DNA of 64,000 nucleotides from Acidimicrobiaceae bacterium (GTDB lineage Bacteria; Actinomycetota; Acidimicrobiia; Actinomarinales; Actinomarinaceae): NCBI GenBank assembly GCA_028404505.1, contig JAOOBM010000002.1, positions 7,027 to 71,026 of the forward strand, read 5' to 3'. Shown piece by piece: positions 29,501 to 36,307 of this stretch (position 1 is its first letter; each line of letters starts with the position of its first letter). The notes under the pieces were generated by a model. It saw only the letters and a program-made list of their open reading frames with translations, ran no database searches and was not told where the DNA came from. The position numbers and the translations under genes were made by a program.

Positions 29501-31801
29501 TGCTATCTGAACAGGCGATTCAAAAATGATGCTCTCCCCATCAGCTATTGCCCGACCATCCACTACATCTACCCAGTTCGTATTATTTGTCGACCACTGA
29601 ACGTCTATAAAACCACCGTATGCATCATTTGCCGCATTGTAGTTTGTTACAGTTAGTCTTATCGTTGCATTACCTGATCCATCACAAATCTGACTCGTAG
29701 ACTGGCTTACACGTGTATAATTTGAACCGCTATTTGTTCCATATCCACCATTACCCCACCAATCACAATCTACCGCGCTATTTGCAGTCCATCTAACCCA
29801 ACTATCTCCAGATTTTAAATAACTACCATTTTGTCTCTGCGTAAATGTACCTTCAGTATTACTGCTGCTGTAAAGATCTGTAGAATAATACTGATTCCAC
29901 TGAGTTCCATACACCATCTTGTACTCTGGAGTTACTCCGTTGTATACAGCTCTTGAGGTAAATACAGCACTGTCTCCAGCATTAATTTGTCTTTGTGTTT
30001 CTATCCAATTAAAGTTTGCGTTACCTACGTTACTTCTCTCTGCGATTGCAAACCTCATTGTGGTATTTCCAGTATTAGTTACTGTTACAGTGTGATACAA
30101 AAGATCATTAGTACATGATGCTGCAGGAGTAGCTGTAATGGTAGCTGTATATGTTGGACAATCTATCGTTCTTGAGGTCGCTGCAGTAAATCCTGTTGTG
30201 GCTGTTGGATTAGCGTTGGCAAAAAGATATTGAAACTGAACTTGTTGACCATTTACAACTGAGACAGGCATTGAGATGGTTTCTGGAGTTCCTGAGGAAA
30301 CAGCCTCTCCGTCAATGAATGTTATCCAAGCACCAGTCCCAATCTTGTACTGTACATCAAAATATGTAGTGACTGTACCAGTATTTGTGAGTGTCACTGT
30401 GGGTGTAGAGGACCCTCCATCACATGTTCCAGCAGATGTACTAACCGTACCAGCTGCATAATCTCCACAACCTGAACCCGTTAGAAGGTCTCCAACTGTG
30501 TAGTATGTTCCAGATGATGGATTAGATGAGCCGTACCGCATTTGGAACTCGACCGTCTGTCCGTTGTATACCTGTGGTATACCACTCACGGGGAACTGCC
30601 CATTTGGAGTGATCTCTTCTCCATTTAATAGATCAACCCAAGAACCTCCAGCGATTCTATACTGTACATCAAAGTACTGAGTTGTTCCTCTGTTGTTGGT
30701 AATAAGCAAAGATGGCTGTTGGTAACCACTAGCACATGTGCCAAGTGATGTTTTAAACGTAGGTCCAAATGGATCATATGCATTTGGTCCACAAGATGCA
30801 CCATCGGAGTTGTCTGTAGTAAATGTTGTTCCTTTTTGTTCTACTGTATACGAGTTCGTGCCTACTCGTTTTACTTCAAACCTGTTACCAAGACCGTCAT
30901 CAATGATAAAACGGATCTCTCCTTCTGGAGTTTTGTAACTGTAGCTAGCTAATGTTGCTGAGACGTTAGAAAATGCAGAGTTCGTTGGTGTAACTTCAGA
31001 GATAGTGTTGTTGTCTTTGTCGTAGAGTATAACTTTATTTGCTAACGCATTGTATGTTGCTATTTCATATCCATCCCAGCTGCCAATATAAGAAAAGTCA
31101 GCAGCATTAATAGGGGTGACCATTCCAGGATCTGAATAGGTGGTCACACCACCAGTAGCGACGTTGTAAATATAGCCATGTTCGAAACCAGCCTGAGCCA
31201 TATAAATTTGGTCATTACCATTGGCATTTACAACATAATCACCTGATGAAAAACCGTAATATCCGTTTACACCATCGTAAAAGTTGTTGTCACCGACTTG
31301 TTGGTAGTCTGCAATATGAGCTAGAGGTGTTAATGTCGCTGTTGTGCTGGTAGTTGTATCACGATTGATAGTAAAGAGGTGTGTACCATGCCCATCAGAA
31401 GTTATGGTTACATACATTACCCCTGTTGGTGACATCGCCAACGCATTAATACCTTTAACCGTTCCAGCAATATGCGATGTTGAACTAAAGTCAACCGTTA
31501 CCGTTGTTCGTTGGATTGTTGTTGTCTCTGTTGCAACATATTGATCGATAGTGAAACTAGTAGATGAATAATCCCAATCTAGTTTATAAAAATATGCTCT
31601 CGCATATGCATCGTTACATTGCCAGTTACTGTTTGCACTTGCTTCCTCTTGCGGCACAGCCCAAGAAGTGATAAATACAATTGAAAATAACGCAATGTAG
31701 GTTGTTGTTTTGAGTATTTTTTTGATAGTTGACGAGTTAATATAAGACGCAAAATTTAAATACCAATAAATGTACTTATTTTTCATACTACCCAACAACA
31801 T
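20564..31801 (-). CDS. giant (3745 aa) secreted, sortase-anchored multi-module surface protein
   Basis: A single uninterrupted 11.2-kb ORF. It encodes an N-terminal signal/TM (…FITSWAVPQEEASA), a head of about 280 aa, about 29 Cys-bracketed modules, an acidic stalk and an IPFTG sorting signal. Confidence 0.9.
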   Translation of the reverse strand: MLLGSMKNKYIYWYLNFASYINSSTIKKILKTTTYIALFSIVFITSWAVPQEEASANSNWQCNDAYARAYFYKLDWDYSSTSFTIDQYVATETTTIQRTTVTVDFSSTSHIAGTVKGINALAMSPTGVMYVTITSDGHGTHLFTINRDTTTSTTATLTPLAHIADYQQVGDNNFYDGVNGYYGFSSGDYVVNANGNDQIYMAQAGFEHGYIYNVATGGVTTYSDPGMVTPINAADFSYIGSWDGYEIATYNALANKVILYDKDNNTISEVTPTNSAFSNVSATLASYSYKTPEGEIRFIIDDGLGNRFEVKRVGTNSYTVEQKGTTFTTDNSDGASCGPNAYDPFGPTFKTSLGTCASGYQQPSLLITNNRGTTQYFDVQYRIAGGSWVDLLNGEEITPNGQFPVSGIPQVYNGQTVEFQMRYGSSNPSSGTYYTVGDLLTGSGCGDYAAGTVSTSAGTCDGGSSTPTVTLTNTGTVTTYFDVQYKIGTGAWITFIDGEAVSSGTPETISMPVSVVNGQQVQFQYLFANANPTATTGFTAATSRTIDCPTYTATITATPAASCTNDLLYHTVTVTNTGNTTMRFAIAERSNVGNANFNWIETQRQINAGDSAVFTSRAVYNGVTPEYKMVYGTQWNQYYSTDLYSSSNTEGTFTQRQNGSYLKSGDSWVRWTANSAVDCDWWGNGGYGTNSGSNYTRVSQSTSQICDGSGNATIRLTVTNYNAANDAYGGFIDVQWSTNNTNWVDVVDGRAIADGESIIFESPVQIATSSTGYFRYRIAATNPTDSTQNASWAVFSREANCIANYSQSASFSECSANGQYSTLSITNNESQTLYFRAVPTKNDTPYDYSTSNTSNYDINSEAITFSVPANSTLTYDASSSPNMRKLYPDGTYGYMQWLVQGSYIETPDWTNTTAYPYNLTNGQIHQCIPDISASYDVTSCSSAGQTSTLTITNNESQTIYFKVNPSRTASTLSTSVSYSPNYNTPDATTFSVAANTTFVYTAGAVTYGVNEDAYMFWRIQKSYTENPTWDTQAYPYQYLNSPTSGLSYHHDCDINVDPYNNSSYQYETRPSNEQNSCVDNKQWMGWVLYNQNYNDPNRTSLWYAFEVSDDNGANFYTTNLFYRMDDTYHDNSYFAVSNGSGSLSADGYTAVQATNNLNMASSSANRYIYLSTRYVTGSVMKLRYKVAYAENELGSTDWITLGNYNKTTEQRTTDCQPEINTSGWGTTTTTDSTNDTYSDLVTIGECQNTIETGGFALSTLTLTRPSGVQYYLKLWQSTDSGSNWTPVETNYAMGTTYTKELTVNHAGKIKYKFQFSYISGDFSNSNTYYSAEKTVNCPTVGASTASIALGTCVSGGATPTITIGNNGWATGYFHVQYSTDLGQNYNDAFYDPNNGNATLYQMILPGEVKTYTIQDTIPQGTTVVMQYRYAATSPPSGAFTTTGTLLINCSSDVSSVTVEQNTTPEACYNGSQQLKIRYTNSSNTTNYFYYKINKNSQGYDTNWSVATLNANTSNGTVTLPESYGNNDTVLIKYHIESTQNGSYGTEVINDLITIDCGTDDFFTVSTDYVSCNLYGADKLEFKFKRNGTSASFTSSSYIHIEAEISHDGNTWKPLGRMQYSNLTTYSWSSNSGTKGHFNDTHPTYYGFIRPSNFSQNHYVAGVILTDSTHQYQIRYRTYTSTTNNLTMGNFTGVFTTMTIAPDTNCDQNDVEPVTLTTTQLTCLENKGQVEFTFNDTTVTHLDPYQPARLFYQYSTNGGVTWSKHIDQRAALSNTETINLPSVKVTNGTALEIKWGYVRDHTLPNTSTSYTTYHNLYSNTNINARQFDYIGGLTSTGSYYEHYRVDDSSNEFNDNFMDHNMVNTTTVNVDCDPDSTYSQTLTTCECNDLGATSTLSIKNNDNYTSYYKVQYKIGNGQWLSATDSLESAFDISVSGGATNNSLSKFVPDGETIQWRVKDTTNGGDFDGQEWEEVTASATVDCGCAGGSVDINVDSTTCGNGSSTPIVNLVPSSSDTAYFTVEYKRNTDTDWVAFKTAESVTNGQTENHTMQVTVVHQGTIQIRYKVNKILSNLNAQEWNYTDTKTINCPYSLVTVEAQYSSCGSNFRAATFKVTNTGASTSAAKFRVQYKIVTPTTTVTDWTNSSLIDTVVAPGASQVTSNNLQITEGQKIIWRYESVNTSADFLNNWTEDDTSGYVNCVINVTVTNSMGSCDNGSQTATLNVTNDETNNTVYFKVHYKTGNTWVLKDANLEVGPNFTNRTLTVDVPHDKNIQWKYQVSNTPNDYANAEVVELTASATVDCVILDATGSSAFGSCISGQRRSTFTMENSSSANDGAYFYVQYDLSGDNQSWQYHTSGQANFVGVGAQNVIHQSVPNGETIQWRYYPMTSATAPAESDWINESTQTPEDCSLDTLISHTLDTCISNSQVSNFVLTNNTAGDVHYHVQYFIEGTSAYADADNDLILTAGSPQAFTQTVASGKYIQWRYKAATSNAGLASATWVDHTANSAFKKTINCENIDPSVVQSFGLCYNDTKNVKFIIKNSSSATTSAYFKVQYKIGSGEWIDKSDQEISVDGEFSHSQNVQAGQTIQWQYKVAKTQADLPTGWTTLNATTITCNGEDISITMDPACDANGYKTSKLNIFNSSSGSLYYQAQYTFEGANSNNWTTAAQQVVVSTGNSTDIPISVQQGQAITWRYKVSETGNDFSSLTWTTPPTSEVVDCTGVSISTPYTSLSQCVSGAKTSTFNYSTLSSSANAAYFHIQYRIDGGVWINKVTSSDGTLAAGQANSVTQSVTSGTTIEWQYKAAYNTTALTNASFISLAGGAEEVDCGVQLTVSHGFSTCTDQTATSTLVLKNTGATPMLVTVQSKLNTGDWTTEVSTVEITAGNELPIAKTIVSGQTISWKYKYAGTVVKLTSASETTMDTIPALDCETPILNQVAVSNVLKECVAGKRISELTFTNNSNETVYVEALYDTGSGYLLKGIYSVTNGTPLVLDSPSVLSGSSVKWKYRLGLSSTLTGTYTELEALSVSCIQTSDVTVAFDACTNLTRDSRITIKNTGSLTQYYELYYSISGGSYQFLTEVTVEVGQENSSNYQNLTSGQYINWKWKSSIVQGDYSNSQENFETRSAQVNCIDDSLSASATNSCTPNGATSTKTSTFTITSSSTASKQVEVQYSTDNANYLSMGTQTVSSLQPYVDSRPFTTNYYTYRYRISGTTNWSQPVINVAPSDCSTVTNVISAYNTNECVDGSSFAKLSIVNPGQVATVIYDININNADWQSVGSPSVNSTYTSTGGVKIPANTPFQWRYKLATDTDYKYVSGTGNDCSQANAITAVTEIICPADNSSKSAKLRIINVGPQSVSAMYNYSINNGPSQSGPAPVSINPTSSNYSIEVPLNDGDQIVFEYKLTSDVSYQQTPSKSTSECGDGLISNPQLIQTISECTESAAVSTIEMRNLSDQVKTFYLEYKFNNGPWTNYDTVTVNASSPVTRKLTVSDNTTIQWRAVENSFTQFDLNSPYQLSQAETVICQSVTTTTLPPVKYIFEPIVSTNRVCDFEDGGAEFGITVDNSRSNVSAKVLKKIWINTTLIAQETVNVPAGQTIDFSSIEVGENKFFTVALEVTNNENGKVQKMIKNKDADCIEDERPINEEQNPIDEVEVTENTDNVMEGDGDDQEMEDNGESLLFLPGDDFVEFVYIEDASNPFTPQFTDDSPPTPGIPFTGRNVGGLIISFGLMLIGFGAFILRRAFKF
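20567..20671 (-). other. C-terminal cell-wall sorting signal of the giant protein (IPFTG, hydrophobic helix, RRAFKF)
   Basis: IPFTG is encoded at 20651..20665 and is followed by RNVGGLIISFGLMLIGFGAFIL and RRAFKF-stop. Confidence 0.8.
20897..30793 (-). repeat. protein-level tandem array of ~29 divergent modules (~90-170 aa each)
   Basis: Recurrent pattern: C…T(L/V)T(I/L)xNxG…YFxVQY(K/R)IxxGxW…G(Q/E)xI(Q/E)W(R/Q/K)Y…(V/I)(D/N)C. The modules are divergent, and I saw no long exact nucleotide repeats. Confidence 0.6.
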
Positions 31802-31807
31802 TTTGAT

Positions 31808-31856
31808 TAGATTTGATTCTAATCAACTTATTTAAGTTTAACTAGAATCCATTAAA
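31808..31856. promoter_or_regulatory. two copies related to the TAGAATCTATTCTA palindrome, in the spacer between the TetR gene and the giant gene
   Basis: TAGATTTGATTCTA (31808-31821) lies within the inverted repeat GATTAGA-n6-TCTAATC, and TAGAATCCATTAAA lies at 31843-31856. Each matches the 16349 consensus at 11 of 14 positions. Confidence 0.4.
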
Positions 31857-31910
31857 AGTAAAGTTCATTGGTTAATAATTTTTTCCCGAATTTAGGATTT
31901 AATGATTGTA

Positions 31911-32528
31911 TCAGTACTGTTTGAGAATATTGTCTACGAGTTTTTCAGAAGTTTTGAGGAAATATTCATCTGTATATCTATTAAAAAGTACTTGATCGCC
32001 AATATTCAAAGCATACTCGAACATCGCTCCCCTGAATGCGGTTGCAATATTTAGGGCAATTTCATCTGCCTGATCTTTGTATTCATCAGTTGTGTTCAAT
32101 AACGCTGAAATAGCCTGCACTGGGTCTTGGTCTAGCCATTTATCAACTTTGATTAAATTAAACATTTGAGTTATTAGAACCTTGCCTGTGTACCCAAGGC
32201 TGATTAAATTTTCAGCGTAAGTTACAGGGATCTGTTTTATTTTTTCAATAGGACTTAAAGACTCATCTAGAATTGTTGCTCCCATATTTGCAGCAACATC
32301 CATTTTTGAATGCACTATAGCTGAATACACATCCTCCATCCTTTCAGGAAAATGGTTATATGCAGTTGCGGGAGATACTCCAGCCTCTTTAGCAATCTGT
32401 GTTAAAGTTACTTCCCTTATGTCTCCAACTTCATTAATTACTTGAACTGCTGTATTGATCAGTCTTTCCCTATTAAGGTCGTAAATATTTTGTTGCCTTA
32501 ATGCTCTTCCGTCTCTTATAGAAGTCAT
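31911..32528 (-). CDS. TetR/AcrR family transcriptional regulator
   Basis: N-terminal HTH: VTLTQIAKEAGVSPATAYNHFPE. Confidence 0.8.
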   Translation of the reverse strand: MTSIRDGRALRQQNIYDLNRERLINTAVQVINEVGDIREVTLTQIAKEAGVSPATAYNHFPERMEDVYSAIVHSKMDVAANMGATILDESLSPIEKIKQIPVTYAENLISLGYTGKVLITQMFNLIKVDKWLDQDPVQAISALLNTTDEYKDQADEIALNIATAFRGAMFEYALNIGDQVLFNRYTDEYFLKTSEKLVDNILKQY

Positions 32529-32572
32529 AGGCAGATATTAACCTATGAATATAATCTTTTTAAATATTTTTT

Positions 32573-33898
32573 TTATAAACACTCTTTGATTGTATTTTCA
32601 ACCAATGATGAATTGGCTTTTTGCACAAAATATTTTTCTTCATTTTTTGTATTTTCAACTCTAAATTCATCAATTGTTTTAGAAATTACATCACTAAATT
32701 TTTCTGGTGAAGCAGTCGCTACCCCGACTACTGGAAGGGTAGATGAAAAAGTAACACTTGATGATAATGCCGTTGCAGTGTGCGGATCAATTACCCATCC
32801 ATAATTTTTATAAAATAAATCAATCTCTTTTAAAATCATTTCGTCATTAAAAGATAGGGAAGAGAAAATGTTTTGTAACTTAACAACTGACTCCTCCGAA
32901 AGTTTTGCGATTTTCTCATTTTGTAGCTGATCATAAAACGAAGAAGCATCCCCTTCAAAATTGTAAATCAATCTCTCTAGGCTGGAAGGGATTTGAATAT
33001 CCATACTCGGAGCAACTGAGGGTATGGTTTCTTTAGGCTCTAATTTTCCTGTAGAGATAAATCTAGTTAAAACATCATTAACATTTGAGGCACAAAATAT
33101 TTCATTTATTGATAGACCGTTATCTCTTCCAAACCAAGCAGAATAGGCATTTCCAAAATTTCCTGATGGTATGGCAATATTAATTGGAGATGAAAACTGC
33201 TTTGTAAGCCAAACATAATAAGCAGTTTGACCCATCACTCGAAGCCAATTTATAGAATTTAATGAGACAACTTTTCTGTTGAATGAATTAGTTTGTAAAA
33301 GTTTCTTTACAATTTTTTGACAATCATCATAAGAACCCTCAATAGCAATGTTCAAAACATTGTCTTGAATTACCTCAGTCATTTGTCGTCTCTGGTATTC
33401 ACTCACTTTGTTATGTGGATGAAGTACAACAATGTCAATATTTTTTGAATTCTTTACTGCTTGAATTGCAGCACTGCCAGTATCTCCACTGGTAGCAACA
33501 ATTACCATGCCTTTTTCCCCAATCTCACCTAAGCGTCTGTCTGCAATTGCGCCGAGGGGTTGAAGAGCATAGTCTTTAAAGGATTTTGTTGGTCCATGAA
33601 ATAGCTCCATCACATATTTGTTTTCCCCAATTTCTTTTAACGTTGGTGTTGGCGAGCTTTCGAATCCTGAATAAATTGATAAATCTTCAACGTACTTCGC
33701 AGAATTTTTATCAAGTGCAATAAAGATGGTTTTAACAAAATCCTCATAACTTAAGTCCTCTTCTGTTAAATGATTGAGATTATCAATTGTTAATGAATCA
33801 GGTAAATAAAGGCCTTTATCCGGTGCTAATCCTGAAAGAATAACATCCTCAAAAGAGATTTTCTCTTCATATCCTCTTGTTGATTGATACTGTACCAC
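32573..33898 (-). CDS. thrC: threonine synthase
   Basis: PLP-lysine motif GPTKSFKD and SSGNFG-like PSGNFGNA, downstream of hom. Confidence 0.9.
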   Translation of the reverse strand: MVQYQSTRGYEEKISFEDVILSGLAPDKGLYLPDSLTIDNLNHLTEEDLSYEDFVKTIFIALDKNSAKYVEDLSIYSGFESSPTPTLKEIGENKYVMELFHGPTKSFKDYALQPLGAIADRRLGEIGEKGMVIVATSGDTGSAAIQAVKNSKNIDIVVLHPHNKVSEYQRRQMTEVIQDNVLNIAIEGSYDDCQKIVKKLLQTNSFNRKVVSLNSINWLRVMGQTAYYVWLTKQFSSPINIAIPSGNFGNAYSAWFGRDNGLSINEIFCASNVNDVLTRFISTGKLEPKETIPSVAPSMDIQIPSSLERLIYNFEGDASSFYDQLQNEKIAKLSEESVVKLQNIFSSLSFNDEMILKEIDLFYKNYGWVIDPHTATALSSSVTFSSTLPVVGVATASPEKFSDVISKTIDEFRVENTKNEEKYFVQKANSSLVENTIKECL

Positions 33899-35155
33899 TT
33901 AAACGTAGACGCGAAGTGTTGAGGTCACAGTTGTGACGGAATCTAATGCTGAAATTTGATCAATAGAGTTCTTTATATCTTTTTCAGGTGCTTCATGGGT
34001 AACTAAAACAAGTTCTGCTTTATCTCCCCTTCCCTCTTGGATTACACTTTCAATGCTTACGTTATTCTCTCCAAAGGTTCCAGATATTTTTGCTAAAACT
34101 CCGGGTTCATCATTAACAGAAAGCCTAATAAACATACTTGATTCAACATCCTCAAAACTTTTCATCTCACCTTTAAATTCTCTTAAAGGATACCAATTTG
34201 TTTGATTGGAACTTAATTGATGGCATGCACTTAAAACATCTCCAATAATTGCACTTGCTGTGGGTTCTGCACCCGCACCTGGTCCTGAAAACACCAACTG
34301 ATTGATATTTTCTCCCTCTACAACAACTGCATTTAATGCTCCTCTTATTGCAGCTAGAGGGTGTTTCATATCAATTAAAACCGGATGAACCCTTGCATTA
34401 AAGCCATCCTTATTATCGATCTGTGCAACCAACTTAATGGTCTTTCCAAGTCTTGCTGCCCATTCGAAATCTTCTTTCGTAATTCCAGAAATTCCATCAG
34501 TAAATAGTTCATCTGAACTCGGAGAAACTCCAAAACAAAGAAGTGATAGAATCACAGCTTTGTATTTTGCATCTAATCCCTCAACATCATTTGTGGGATC
34601 GGGTTCTGCATATCCAAGTTCTTGTGCAGTTGATAATGCATCATCATAAGAACTTCCCTCTTCCATTGAAGTAAGCATGTAATTACTGGTTCCATTAATT
34701 ATTCCTAAAACTTTAGACAATTCTTCACCTCTGAGACTTTCAATGAGTGGTTTTAGGACTGGAATTCCAGCAGCCACAGCTGCTTCAAAATAAAGACATG
34801 AATTATTTTCTTTTGCAGTTTGAATTAAGTCAACACCTGCATCAGCAATGATATCTTTGTTTGCTGTAATGACAGCTTTTCCTTTTTTAAGTAATGCACC
34901 TATATACTCTTTTCCAGGATCAATTCCACCGAGTACCTCAATTACTAAATCAATAGAGTCGTCATTCAAAATGTCTTCAAATTTATCAACTAATATATCA
35001 GCTGAGATTGGTCTCTTTTTACTTTTATCTTTTACTAAAACCTTTTTTACATTTAATCCAACTATTCCTTTATCTAGATCAATAAGACGCGTTATAACAG
35101 CTGAACCAATATTTCCAGCACCTAGAACTGCAACATTAAACGTATTATTTTCCAT
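33899..35155 (-). CDS. hom: homoserine dehydrogenase
   Basis: NAD fold VLGAGNIGSAV, a catalytic domain and a C-terminal ACT domain. Confidence 0.9.
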   Translation of the reverse strand: MENNTFNVAVLGAGNIGSAVITRLIDLDKGIVGLNVKKVLVKDKSKKRPISADILVDKFEDILNDDSIDLVIEVLGGIDPGKEYIGALLKKGKAVITANKDIIADAGVDLIQTAKENNSCLYFEAAVAAGIPVLKPLIESLRGEELSKVLGIINGTSNYMLTSMEEGSSYDDALSTAQELGYAEPDPTNDVEGLDAKYKAVILSLLCFGVSPSSDELFTDGISGITKEDFEWAARLGKTIKLVAQIDNKDGFNARVHPVLIDMKHPLAAIRGALNAVVVEGENINQLVFSGPGAGAEPTASAIIGDVLSACHQLSSNQTNWYPLREFKGEMKSFEDVESSMFIRLSVNDEPGVLAKISGTFGENNVSIESVIQEGRGDKAELVLVTHEAPEKDIKNSIDQISALDSVTTVTSTLRVYV

Positions 35156-35237
35156 AATTAGTAAGGATAAATGTTATTCAGATTGAAACAACAGTTTTTA
35201 TTCATGACTTTTTGAGTTACTTTGTAGAAAGTCTCAT

Positions 35238-36176
35238 TTAAAGATTTTTCTCTAATTTATATAAATCGCAATATGAAATCATTTCAGAAATCCATTTACG
35301 ATCACTAATTGATAAAATCTCTAAATCTATATAGTTTGTCCATTTACCTCCAAAATAGTACACAAAAATATCAGCTAAATTTTCCTCTCCTCCAAATTTA
35401 TCATGGGCTAAGTTTCTATAGCTTTCGCCACCTGGGAGTTTGCATCCCCTTAATGTTAAAAATGAATACGCATGAGCTGATTCATGAAGAAGTATGTCAT
35501 TTAAGTATCCAGATGTAACACCTCTGTCTGAAATCCAAATTGATTGTGCCCAATCGTTTCCATAATTACCTTCTCCGTCGTAACCTACAGGATCATAAAC
35601 TCCATACACGCATTTATTAAAGAGCTTTTGTCCATATGGATGACATCCATTGAGAACAATTATCTCTTCTTTAATCATTGTTCTAAATGTATCTGGTAAT
35701 TGATTTACAGCAATTTGAATCAGTAAATTTGCTTTTTCATCTCCTTCGTAGCCAGGAAATCGATCAATAAAATCTTTATATCCAAATTTTTCGTAGAGTG
35801 TTCCAATTCTTTCAGAAGGTGTGTGCATTGTAATTATACTTTCTATTGGATCTGTCGGTGGTGGAGTTTGAGTAGTTATTGGTATTGAAGTAGTTGTTGG
35901 AACAGTAGTAGATGAAGTGACTGGAATGGTCGTAGGAGTTGAGGAACTAGAAGCAGCCAGAGGATCCTCAATTATTAGTCTATCAAGAGATTTTAAAGCT
36001 CTGTCAGCTGCTTGTTTTAAATTAACTTTAATAGTTGTTGAAAGTTTGTCAGATTCTAAAGCCAAATCATCAATATTTTCTCCAGTATTGTTATTAGTAA
36101 TTTCTTGAGATGAGGTATCTACATTTTGTGAACATGCAGCTAACAAAATTAATATAACAAAATACTTTCTTAACAT
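35238..36176 (-). CDS. lipoprotein with a Thr/Ser/Pro-rich linker and an HExxH domain (paralog of 16469..17335)
   Basis: Lipobox LLAAC, a linker SSSSTPTTIPVTSSTTVPTTTSIPITTQTPPP, then NGCHPY...LLHESAHAY...EENLAD. Confidence 0.65.
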   Translation of the reverse strand: MLRKYFVILILLAACSQNVDTSSQEITNNNTGENIDDLALESDKLSTTIKVNLKQAADRALKSLDRLIIEDPLAASSSSTPTTIPVTSSTTVPTTTSIPITTQTPPPTDPIESIITMHTPSERIGTLYEKFGYKDFIDRFPGYEGDEKANLLIQIAVNQLPDTFRTMIKEEIIVLNGCHPYGQKLFNKCVYGVYDPVGYDGEGNYGNDWAQSIWISDRGVTSGYLNDILLHESAHAYSFLTLRGCKLPGGESYRNLAHDKFGGEENLADIFVYYFGGKWTNYIDLEILSISDRKWISEMISYCDLYKLEKNL

Positions 36177-36307
36177 TTTTTACACATTAAAGTCAACAAG
36201 ATTAATTGTAGGTGTTATATATCCAGAAAATACAAAAATAAAAAAGTAAATATCCTCAAACTCAAAGAAAAAAATTGTATTTTAGGTAATGTTCTATTTC
36301 AAATAAT

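Noticed and set aside
20795-31544. Many 60-100-aa plus-strand ORFs inside the giant gene (e.g. 20795..21082, 28288..28590, 30738..30938), and minus-strand out-of-frame ORFs (22219..22407, 27985..28245, 28954..29136).
   Set aside because: They lie entirely within the 11.2-kb ORF, are low-complexity or odd in composition, and have no RBS or domain signal. They are shadow ORFs.
20564-31801. The giant ORF as an assembly artefact from collapsed or concatenated repeats.
   Set aside because: The modules are highly divergent at both protein and nucleotide level, and I saw no long exact repeats. The frame is continuous from the signal peptide to the sorting signal. Long-read confirmation is still advisable.
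32527-32548. The inverted repeat CATAGG-n10-CCTATG as a terminator after thrC or as a TetR autoregulatory operator.
   Set aside because: The stem is only 6 bp, no U-tract follows, and it overlaps the TetR start codon. The support is insufficient, and it is unrelated to the TAGAAT palindrome.
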